From assembly GCA_046754105.1 (NCBI GenBank), contig JBHHVD010000044.1:1-25728 (forward strand): DNA of 25,728 nt, given 5' to 3'. Both the position numbers and the translations under genes were made by a program. A model generated the notes under the pieces. That model was not told the DNA's origin. It made no database searches and was given only the letters and a program-made list of their open reading frames with translations. Numbering within the stretch: the first letter of the stretch is position 1; each line of letters starts with the position of its first letter. The DNA comes from Candidatus Krumholzibacteriia bacterium. Lineage in GTDB: Bacteria; Krumholzibacteriota; Krumholzibacteriia; WVZY01. This document shows positions 10,277-17,721 of this stretch, in pieces.

Positions 10277-10312
10277 TTGACGTCGTTGTGCGAATTGTCT
10301 AGTTTCGCACAA
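10277..10312 (+). promoter_or_regulatory. Sigma70 promoter overlapped by a perfect 9-bp inverted repeat (candidate operator)
   Basis: TTGACG (10277-10282), 17 nt, TAGTTT (10300-10305); TTGTGCGAA (10286-10294)-N9-TTCGCACAA (10304-10312). Confidence 0.55.
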
Positions 10313-10413
10313 GATATTGTGTACTTGCTGGACACAAGCACAGCATCCTGTGTCTCCCCATCGAAATGGAGCTGATTCCCGTTGTCAGCACTTACCATGA
10401 GGAGAGTAAAGAA

Positions 10414-10596
10414 ATGTCAGGACAGGAAAAGCAGGGTCTTTTGAAGAAAGACAAGGAATACGTGAAGTTTGTGCAGCTGTTGAAACGAGCGGAAGCGGAC
10501 GGCAGATTGGACGGCGGCTTCGTGTGCACGCTGTGCGGAATGAAGTTCCACAGCAGGGCGGAAGCCAGTGAGTGTTGCAAGGTAACGGTCTCGTAA
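10414..10596 (+). CDS. Small (60 aa) Cys-rich putative zinc-finger protein
   Basis: SD GAGGAG before ATG 10414; FVCTLCGMKFHSRAEASECC has C2H2-like spacing with Cys in place of the His ligands. Confidence 0.7.
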   Translation: MSGQEKQGLLKKDKEYVKFVQLLKRAEADGRLDGGFVCTLCGMKFHSRAEASECCKVTVS

Positions 10597-10611
10597 GACG
10601 AAGGCGGCGTA

Positions 10612-11010
10612 ATGCCCGGTACGAAGACAAAGACGATCAACCAGTACTGCTCGGTATGCAAGGACCATTTCGAAATGGAAGAGGTCAAGCAGGGTAGCAG
10701 CAAGGGGGTCGTGTGGTTGAAATGTCCGGGCTGTCAGGGTTTCCTGCCGTACATGCCCGCGCAGGATGCGGGGGCGGTGGCGAAACCACAGGCGGAAGCG
10801 CAGGAGCTCGCTCTCGAAGACCTCGATATCGATAACGCAAAGGAGTACGCCGAGGATCAGACCTACACTATCGGTGATGTGCTCCATCACCGGTCCTGGA
10901 ACGACTTCGGAAAGGTCGTCTCGAAGGGCGAGCTGCCGGGGGGAAGGAAGACCGTGTGGGTGCAATTCTTGAGACAGGGCAGGATCCAGCTTCTCGAAGG
11001 AGTAAAGTAG
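10612..11010 (+). CDS. Zinc-ribbon protein with C-terminal SH3/Tudor-like domain
   Basis: CSVC...CPGC; C-terminal YTIGDVLHHRSWNDFGKVV...VWVQFLRQG. Confidence 0.78.
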   Translation: MPGTKTKTINQYCSVCKDHFEMEEVKQGSSKGVVWLKCPGCQGFLPYMPAQDAGAVAKPQAEAQELALEDLDIDNAKEYAEDQTYTIGDVLHHRSWNDFGKVVSKGELPGGRKTVWVQFLRQGRIQLLEGVK

Positions 11011-11801
11011 AAGGCATTCCCGTATGTGCGCTACGGGCCGGCAGGCTGCTGGTCGCTGTAGCCGTTTTGTCAGGGCCGTCGTCCGCGTCCTCAACCGGCA
11101 TTTATGAGGATCCGGGGCGGCTTTCGTCGTTTTTGCGCGCCTCGCGCAGGGCGGCGGTGGAGAGCCAGGCGGTACGTGCCGACGCCCCCAGCCACGACGC
11201 ATCGTTGTACACTCTCGGCGTACAGGTACCCCTCAAGTCCCGGTTGCTACTGCGCGGCGAATTGTCCTACGTTTCCCTCACAGCACCCAACGACAGCGAA
11301 GACGGATTCAGCGACGCGCGCCTGCGGGTGCGAACCCAGGTCGCGACCGGCAACCAGCGGGCGTTGTTCCTGGTGGGTGCGTTTCGGGCGGGATCGGGTA
11401 GTGCGGAACTGTTTCCCTATTCGACGGCCAGTGTGGACGTCGAGGGGGGCGTGGCCGCCATCGACACGCTTTCGTCGACTACGGCCCTGTGGATCTACGC
11501 AGCCGGCACACACCCGACCCGCGTGCGGGACAAACTCAAGCAGGCCGACCTCTATCCCAGCTTCATGACGGTGGCCGGCGGCGTGGTGTTCAGCCCGCTC
11601 GAGCGGCTCGACGTGGAGGGCGGCGTGCTCGCCTATCTGTTTCGGGGTGACACACCACGCGAGCTGTACTTTGTCGACGCGGACCTGCGCTACAGCGATG
11701 CCACCGCGTTCTACGTGTCGTTCCAGGCGGAAGGCGGCGACGAGAGCCGGCGCGCGGTCGATTTCGCCGCCGTCGTGGGCATCCGGATTCATTACCGCTA
11801 G
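10956..11801 (+). CDS. Hypothetical, probable outer-membrane beta-barrel protein (true start uncertain, probably near 11010-11030)
   Basis: Signal-like RAGRLLVAVAVLSGPSSA; alternating hydrophobic strands; C-terminal VGIRIHYR. Confidence 0.6.
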   Translation: MGAILETGQDPASRRSKVEGIPVCALRAGRLLVAVAVLSGPSSASSTGIYEDPGRLSSFLRASRRAAVESQAVRADAPSHDASLYTLGVQVPLKSRLLLRGELSYVSLTAPNDSEDGFSDARLRVRTQVATGNQRALFLVGAFRAGSGSAELFPYSTASVDVEGGVAAIDTLSSTTALWIYAAGTHPTRVRDKLKQADLYPSFMTVAGGVVFSPLERLDVEGGVLAYLFRGDTPRELYFVDADLRYSDATAFYVSFQAEGGDESRRAVDFAAVVGIRIHYR

Positions 11802-11985
11802 CACGGCGTCGCTGCGGCGTTGCGCACTGAATCACGGCCGCTTGCAGTTTGCTTCGCACCCCGGCCCGCGGGTCCCCCGTCCCCGGCGGCGTCATGTTTC
11901 CCCTCGTTGCTTCTAGGGTCCCAGGACGGACCATTCCTGCCCGCCGTCCGTGCCGGGAATACAGCATAAGAACGCGTCTTTTCTG

Positions 11986-12000
11986 TGGCACAGACCTTGC
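11986..12000 (+). promoter_or_regulatory. Sigma54 (-24/-12) promoter
   Basis: TGGCAC-AGACC-TTGC, exact consensus, about 85 nt upstream of the hybrid kinase ATG. Confidence 0.7.
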
Positions 12001-12083
12001 CATACGGTCGGTTACCAACACCCTTTGGTTCGTGTGTGACTTGTCCTTGCAGCGGAACCGTGAGGTTCCAGGGTGGAGGCCCG

Positions 12084-13469
12084 ATGAAAACCGTATTCTT
12101 GATCGACGACGACGGCCTGATGAGAAAAATGCTGGCCCGCCTGCTCGAGAAGGAGAAGTGCCGCGTCAAGACGTTCGCCTCTCCGATCGGTGTGCTGGAC
12201 CGCATGGCCGACGACAGACCGGAGCTGATCATCAGCGACGTGCAAATGCCCGGCATGAGTGGGTTGCAGTTTGCCGAAAGCGCGCGCGTCGCCGGTTACC
12301 GCGTGCCCGTGATACTGATGACGGGGTTTATGGGCCCGGACGTGGTCGAACAGGCACGCGGGCTCGGCGTAAGCCACATATTCCAGAAGCCGATCAAGGA
12401 CCTTTCTCGCTTCCGTCTCCTCGTCAGGCAGGTCCTGGATGAACCCGCCGCGACCGGCGGCGGTACGGACCTCGACCGGCTCCGGGCGGAGTTCCTCACC
12501 GAAATGTCGCACGAGCTGCGAACGCCGCTGACGGCGATCAAGCTCGCCCTCGACGGGTTGTTCGTCGAGAGGAGTGCCGGGCTGGATGCGGCGCAAAGCC
12601 GGTTGCTCGGTATCAGCCGGCGAAACGTAAACCGTATCATCCGCATGGTGGAAAAACAGCTCGACCTGCTGCAGATAACGCTCGGGGATGTTTCCGTCGC
12701 ACGGCGGCTGGTCAATCTCCGACGGCTCGTAGAGAGCACGCCCAGAAAGGGGCACGATGCCGAAACAGCCCCGCCGGACGGTGACCTGTACCTGTTTACC
12801 GATCCGGAACGGTTGCGGACCGTCATTCAATGTCTGCTCGAGGTTGGCGGCGCCACCCGCCCCGCGTACGAGATCCACGGGGAAGGCGGCGACGTCGTGG
12901 TCGAATTTGCCGGCGATGGCAGTTCGATCCCGGGTTCTCCCGGACGCGGCGACGCCGGGAAGCGCACCGACAACCCGGCATGCGGTGGTACACGCGAGTT
13001 CGAATTCCGGGCGTGCCGCCACCTGGTGGAATCGCTCGGCGGCACGATGGACGTCGGCGACGGAGTGCGTTTGCGGCTCCCGGTGCTGCCCGCATACGAC
13101 CGCACGGCGGACTTCGTTTTCCCGGTGAGGAGCCTGCGCAGGGCGGCGGAACTGAGCGACAAACGTATCTCGTTTTTTCGGTGCGAGGTGGGGGGCAACG
13201 GGTCGGGACCGTCGGGCCCCGGCGCGCAGTCGTTCCTCAAACGCTGCGCCCGGGCACTTTCCGAGGGTGACGTTCTGGTGAGGGGAGAACACGGCGGTCT
13301 TTACTATCTCGCGCTGGTCGAGCGGGAGGGTGACGAGGCCGGCGACATCGTGGAATTCCTGCGACGGGGTGACGAGGCCGGCGACGGGGCTCCCGTGCGC
13401 CTGCAAAGTCTGCCGGAGGGCGATCCGTCCGTCGATGACTACGTTCCCATCCCCGAAGTCGTCACCTGA
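12084..13469 (+). CDS. Hybrid receiver-HisKA protein with degenerate ATPase domain and degenerate GGDEF-like tail
   Basis: SD GGAGG; REC (LIDDD, IISDVQMPGMSG, QKP); H-box EMSHELRTPL; N and G boxes not conserved. Confidence 0.8.
   Translation: MKTVFLIDDDGLMRKMLARLLEKEKCRVKTFASPIGVLDRMADDRPELIISDVQMPGMSGLQFAESARVAGYRVPVILMTGFMGPDVVEQARGLGVSHIFQKPIKDLSRFRLLVRQVLDEPAATGGGTDLDRLRAEFLTEMSHELRTPLTAIKLALDGLFVERSAGLDAAQSRLLGISRRNVNRIIRMVEKQLDLLQITLGDVSVARRLVNLRRLVESTPRKGHDAETAPPDGDLYLFTDPERLRTVIQCLLEVGGATRPAYEIHGEGGDVVVEFAGDGSSIPGSPGRGDAGKRTDNPACGGTREFEFRACRHLVESLGGTMDVGDGVRLRLPVLPAYDRTADFVFPVRSLRRAAELSDKRISFFRCEVGGNGSGPSGPGAQSFLKRCARALSEGDVLVRGEHGGLYYLALVEREGDEAGDIVEFLRRGDEAGDGAPVRLQSLPEGDPSVDDYVPIPEVVT
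13328..13385 (+). repeat. 19-bp direct repeat GGGTGACGAGGCCGGCGAC x2 (GDEAGD)
   Basis: Copies at 13328-13346 and 13367-13385, in frame, 39 nt apart. Confidence 0.8.
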
Positions 13470-13552
13470 TCTGGTCCCGTTCCGGACGACGTTCGGCCGG
13501 GCCCGTACGCCCACACTCCCGTGCCGCCAGCCCAACAGCCGCCTTCCGCAAA

Positions 13553-14956
13553 TCAGCTCTTGGACCCGAGAAGGGTCTTCATCCTGGATTTTCGCTTTTT
13601 CTTCTGGAGGATGCTCTTCGAGGTAACGGACTGGGTTCTTTCCGGAAGCTCCATCAGGATCAGGCTCAACGGCGTATCGATCGTCTTCTGGTTGGCCCCC
13701 GCGGCTTCGGTGAACACGAAGAAACCCTCACCCGCGTTTTCGAGCAGTTGCTGCAGGGCCTTGCGGCCCGTTTTGCGCTTGCACTTGCAGTGATAGACCT
13801 CGCCGTCTTCGAAGTAGATGTGTCCTTTGATCGCGGGCGTCTTCAACCTCAAGGCGCCGGTGCTCTGGTGCGTGTTGAGCAAGGTGAGCACCTCGTGGAT
13901 GGTGAACTGCCCGAGCTGGCCGGCAAGCGACTGCCGTGGTGAAAAACCGCGGACCAGCATATGGGTGAACGGCGAGTTCAAGATAAAGAAAACGAGAAGG
14001 ATCATCAGCAGGAACTCCAGGTGCCGGTAAAGCACTCGGAGGAGGTCGAGAGCACCGCGGCCGATTCTTCGAACCACGCCGCTGATCCGTGCGCCGAACG
14101 CGGCCAGGTGGCTGGTGACCCGCGAGCGCTCCTTCTTCTCCCCCGAAGCGGTCAGCGAATCGAAATGGCCCCTGGCCCACTCGTGGTCGGGGTCGAGCTC
14201 GAGAATGCGCGCGAGGTAGCCCAGCACCTCTTCCTTCCCCGACGGCGTCACGGCGGGAAGAAGGACCTCCGCCCTCCCGACCAGGTCACGAATCTCGCCG
14301 TCGCGGACGGCTGCGGCCGCCGCTTCCTGCAACTCGAAGTACATCTGCGCCTTGCGCAGGTTCAGCGCCTTTTCGATCTCCGCGAGGGCGACGTCGGGGC
14401 GGCCGAGCTGCAAATGGCATTGCGCCTTGCGGTAGTATAGTTCCGGGTTTTCCGGCTCGGTGGTGAGCAGGCTGGCAAGCTTGGGTATGGCGAGATCGTA
14501 GGCGCCCTGGGCGAGGAGGGAGTCCACCTCGGCCCGCAGTTGGAGCGAGAGCTTGGTGACGATCTGGTGGTGGCGGTCGATAATGGCGGCGTCGTAGGGT
14601 TTGGCCAGGGAGGCGCGCGTGAGTAACCCCATGGCGTATAGTAATTTTCCGTTATTTTCGTAGATAAGGGCCAGCTCGACCATGGCGGAAACATGTTCCG
14701 GCTCGCGGATGAGGATCGCCTTGTAGACCATTTCCGCGCCCGCGTCGTCGCCCAACGCCGCGAAATCGCGGGCGCGCTGTAGCAGATCGCGCGTCGAGGT
14801 CTCGGGGTCCAGCTGGGCCACGATCGGATCGGAGCGTGTGCCCAGGAGGCGGCCCGCACCCTCGGTCTGGCCGGACACGGCGGCGGGCGCCGATGCCAGT
14901 GAAACCGGAACTGCCGTGAAAACGATGAGTCGGACGAGGAAGCGTCGGATACGCAT
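13553..14956 (-). CDS. TPR-repeat membrane protein with C-terminal DUF4388 (PatA-N-like) domain
   Basis: Signal peptide, TPR helices, TM segment FLLMILLVFFIL, then LAGQLGQFTIHEVLTLLNTHQSTGALRL...GHIYFEDGEV...GFFVF. Confidence 0.8.
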   Translation of the reverse strand: MRIRRFLVRLIVFTAVPVSLASAPAAVSGQTEGAGRLLGTRSDPIVAQLDPETSTRDLLQRARDFAALGDDAGAEMVYKAILIREPEHVSAMVELALIYENNGKLLYAMGLLTRASLAKPYDAAIIDRHHQIVTKLSLQLRAEVDSLLAQGAYDLAIPKLASLLTTEPENPELYYRKAQCHLQLGRPDVALAEIEKALNLRKAQMYFELQEAAAAAVRDGEIRDLVGRAEVLLPAVTPSGKEEVLGYLARILELDPDHEWARGHFDSLTASGEKKERSRVTSHLAAFGARISGVVRRIGRGALDLLRVLYRHLEFLLMILLVFFILNSPFTHMLVRGFSPRQSLAGQLGQFTIHEVLTLLNTHQSTGALRLKTPAIKGHIYFEDGEVYHCKCKRKTGRKALQQLLENAGEGFFVFTEAAGANQKTIDTPLSLILMELPERTQSVTSKSILQKKKRKSRMKTLLGSKS

Positions 14957-14972
14957 GGCAGCCGGCAGAGAC

Positions 14973-14987
14973 GCAACATCTGTACCA
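14973..14987 (-). promoter_or_regulatory. Sigma54-type promoter
   Basis: Minus strand TGGTAC-AGATG-TTGC, ending 16 nt before the ATG at 14956. Confidence 0.55.
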
Positions 14988-15085
14988 GCGCCTGGGAAAA
15001 ACTGTTCACGTAACCCGTTGTGCAGTAGTCAGTTGGTCGCCGCGCTCGCCCGTCAACGCGGGCGGCGCCGTGCCAAAAGCGACCC

Positions 15086-15646
15086 CTAGAGACCGAGCGC
15101 GTCGGAGACGCCGCGCATGGCGTCGAGCACGTTGGCGATGTGCTCGTCGAGCTCGACGCCCAGCGACTCCGGACCGCGGCGGATGTCGTCCCGATTGACC
15201 GAGCGGGCGAACCCCTTGTCTTTCATCTTCTTCTTTACCGATTTCACCGCGACGTCGGCGATGCGCTTGCTGGGGCGCACCAGTGCAACGGCGGTGAGGA
15301 GCCCGCAAAGCTCGTCGACGGCAAAGAGTGTTTTTTCGAGTGCGGATTCGCGGGTGACGCCGGTGTGGTCCGCGTGCGAGAGAATCGCCCGGACGAGGAG
15401 TTCGTCGTAGCCGAGCGAGCGGAGGATCTCCGCGCCTTTGAAGGGGTGATCGTCGAGCGAGGGGTAACGGTCGTAATCGAAATCGTGCAGGAGCCCCACG
15501 ACTCCCCACAGCGACTCATCTTCGCCGAAACGCCTCGCGTAGTGGCGCATCGCCGCCTCGACGGCCAGGGCATGTTTTATCAGACTGTCGTTCTTCGTGT
15601 ATTCCTCGAGCAACGCCAGCGCTCGCTCACGGTCCGGGATTTTCAC
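15086..15646 (-). CDS. HD-domain (HDIG-type) metal-dependent hydrolase
   Basis: KHALAVEAAM, GLLHDFDY, HP, AILSH, DELCG; SD GGAGGA before GTG. Confidence 0.88.
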   Translation of the reverse strand: MKIPDRERALALLEEYTKNDSLIKHALAVEAAMRHYARRFGEDESLWGVVGLLHDFDYDRYPSLDDHPFKGAEILRSLGYDELLVRAILSHADHTGVTRESALEKTLFAVDELCGLLTAVALVRPSKRIADVAVKSVKKKMKDKGFARSVNRDDIRRGPESLGVELDEHIANVLDAMRGVSDALGL

Positions 15647-15675
15647 GCGCTCCTCCGGGTTTGCAGGGTTCGAAA

Positions 15676-15704
15676 TTGAACTTATCCGGCATATTCCCTA
15701 TATT
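15676..15704 (+). promoter_or_regulatory. Sigma70 promoter for the structured leader/ABC operon
   Basis: TTGAAC (15676-15681), 17 nt, TATATT (15699-15704). Confidence 0.6.
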
Positions 15705-15756
15705 CTAGCCTGTTTAGGCAACCCGGCACAACCGCGACGCGCGCCCTCGATGCGGA

Positions 15757-15873
15757 GCGCGGTGCGACAGGTGTTCTCAGGCGAGTTCCGCAGGCGCGCC
15801 GGTCGGCACCTGCGCGGCCCGTGACTCGCGCGCCGAGGACTGTCCGAGCTGGAGAACACCTGTCGTATCGCGC
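15757..15873 (+). ncRNA. Candidate structured RNA (long hairpin) in the 5' leader of the ABC transporter genes
   Basis: 22-bp stem 15757-15778 / 15852-15873 (14 contiguous Watson-Crick pairs, then 8 pairs including two G.U); inner stems GCGAGT/ACTCGC, CGCAGG/CCTGCG, GCC/GGC. Confidence 0.5.
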
Positions 15874-15930
15874 CACACCCCGCGAAGGGGCGAGCGATTC
15901 GGATCTCACGCCCTGGCGGATGGACCGATT

Positions 15931-17718
15931 ATGACGCAGACCAATGATGCGAAACTGAGACGCCGGCGCGCGTTTGCCACCGTCCTGCGCCACCTCCGAC
16001 GCTACCGGTCGCGACTGGCGCTCGGCGGGCTGGCGCTTGCGGTTACCAACCTGGCCCTGCTCCTCAACCCGTGGATTCTGAAAGTTACGATCGACGAGCT
16101 CGAAGAGGGGCTCAGCGAGAGGCGGTTGCTCATGTACGCGGCGGCCTTCGTGGGCGTAACCGCGTTCAGCGGCATTTTCCGGTTTCTGATGCGCCGGATC
16201 ATGATCGGCGTGTCGCGAAAAATCGAGTACGACATCCGCGGCGAGTTTTTTGCGCACCTCGAGACACTGAGCCCCGCCTTTTACAACAAGCACCGTACCG
16301 GCGACCTCATGGCGCTGGCCACCAACGATCTCAACGCGGTCCGGGCGATGGTCGGCCCCGGCGTGATGTATTCGCTCAACACGGTCGTCGTGGGTAGCCT
16401 GGCGATCTCGCTGATGGTCGTCTTGTCGTGGAAGCTCACCGTCGCAGCGCTGATGCCGATGGGTATCCTCGTCGTGGGCATGTATCACAGCATGAAACTC
16501 ATCCACAAGTATTTCGAAAAGGTTCAGGAGCGCTTCGCGGGCCTCAACTCGCGGGCGCAGGAAAACCTCAGTGGCATCCGGGTGGTGCGCGCGTACGCGC
16601 GCGAGTGCCACGAGATCGATGAATTCGACCGTCTAAGCCAGGTGTACGTCGGCGCCAACATGAAACTCTACCGGGTGCAGAGTCTTCTTTCTCCCTTGCT
16701 TACCAGTGTCGCGGGTCTGGGCGGGCTTTTGATCCTGGGATACGGAGGCAAGCAGGTCATCGACGGCGTGATCACCCTCGGGACCTTCGTGGCCTTCAAC
16801 GGCTACCTTACGATGTTGATCTGGCCGATGATCGCCCTGGGCTGGGTGATGAACATCATGGAACGGGGTCTCGCATCGATGCAGCGCATCAACGCCGTCA
16901 TGACCACTCGCACGGAAATCATCGACCGCGGCCTGGACGGCGGCGACCTGCCGCGGCCGGAAAGCCGCGCGATCCGCTTCGAGAACGTTTCCTTTTCGTA
17001 CGACCCGGCGGGTGGCCGCGACGACGTGCTCGAGGATCTGAGCTTTGCGATCGGTGACGGCGAGACGGTGGCGATCGTCGGGCCCACCGGCTCGGGCAAG
17101 TCCACTGTCGTCTCCCTGATGTTGAGGCTCTACGAACCCCAGCGCGGTCAGGTGTTCGTGGGAGAGGTGCCGGTCCGGGACATCGCGCTCGGAGAACTGC
17201 GCACGCTCGTCGGTTTGATCCCGCAGGACATCTTTCTCTTTTCGGAGACCATCGCCGAGAACGTCGCCTTCGGCGTCGCTTCCCTCGAGGCGCCGGAGCT
17301 CGACCGTGTCAGTCGCCTGGCCGCGATTGACGACGAGGTACACGGCTTCCCGGAGGGCTACGAGACGAGGATCGGCGAGCGGGGCATCAACCTTTCCGGC
17401 GGGCAGAAGCAGCGGTTGGCCATCGCCCGCGCGCTCGCGAGGAGCCCGCAGATCCTCATCATGGACGACGCGTTGTCGAGCGTGGACACGGATACGGAGG
17501 ACCGTATCCTGCGCTCGTTGCGGGAGGAAATGGAGAAGAGAACGTCGATTCTTATCTCTCACCGCATCTCTACGGTGAGAGAGGCGGACCGCATCCTGGT
17601 TCTCGACGCGGGACGGCTGGTCGAACAGGGGACGCACGACGAGTTGGTGGCCGCCGGTGGTTTGTACGCGGAGATGTTTCGCAAACAGAGCATCATGTAC
17701 AGCCTCGAGAGGAGCTAG
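15931..17718 (+). CDS. ABC exporter half-transporter (TMD+NBD), subunit with degenerate Walker B
   Basis: TM domain; GPTGSGKS; LSGGQKQR; ILIMDDALS (D in place of catalytic E). Confidence 0.93.
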   Translation: MTQTNDAKLRRRRAFATVLRHLRRYRSRLALGGLALAVTNLALLLNPWILKVTIDELEEGLSERRLLMYAAAFVGVTAFSGIFRFLMRRIMIGVSRKIEYDIRGEFFAHLETLSPAFYNKHRTGDLMALATNDLNAVRAMVGPGVMYSLNTVVVGSLAISLMVVLSWKLTVAALMPMGILVVGMYHSMKLIHKYFEKVQERFAGLNSRAQENLSGIRVVRAYARECHEIDEFDRLSQVYVGANMKLYRVQSLLSPLLTSVAGLGGLLILGYGGKQVIDGVITLGTFVAFNGYLTMLIWPMIALGWVMNIMERGLASMQRINAVMTTRTEIIDRGLDGGDLPRPESRAIRFENVSFSYDPAGGRDDVLEDLSFAIGDGETVAIVGPTGSGKSTVVSLMLRLYEPQRGQVFVGEVPVRDIALGELRTLVGLIPQDIFLFSETIAENVAFGVASLEAPELDRVSRLAAIDDEVHGFPEGYETRIGERGINLSGGQKQRLAIARALARSPQILIMDDALSSVDTDTEDRILRSLREEMEKRTSILISHRISTVREADRILVLDAGRLVEQGTHDELVAAGGLYAEMFRKQSIMYSLERS

Positions 17719-17721
17719 CGC

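Noticed and set aside
15059..15077. TTGGCACG on the minus strand as a fourth sigma54 site
   Set aside because: The -12 TTGC element is absent at the required spacing
15750..15824. Short ORF MRSAVRQVFSGEFRRRAGRHLRGP ending in TGA, as a leader peptide or selenoprotein
   Set aside because: No SD, and the readthrough product is unremarkable; cannot be supported, though not excluded
15835..15850. GAGGACTGTCCGAGCT resembles the RNase P RNA motif GAGGAAAGTCC
   Set aside because: Invariant As are substituted, no downstream P4 partner, and the region is too short
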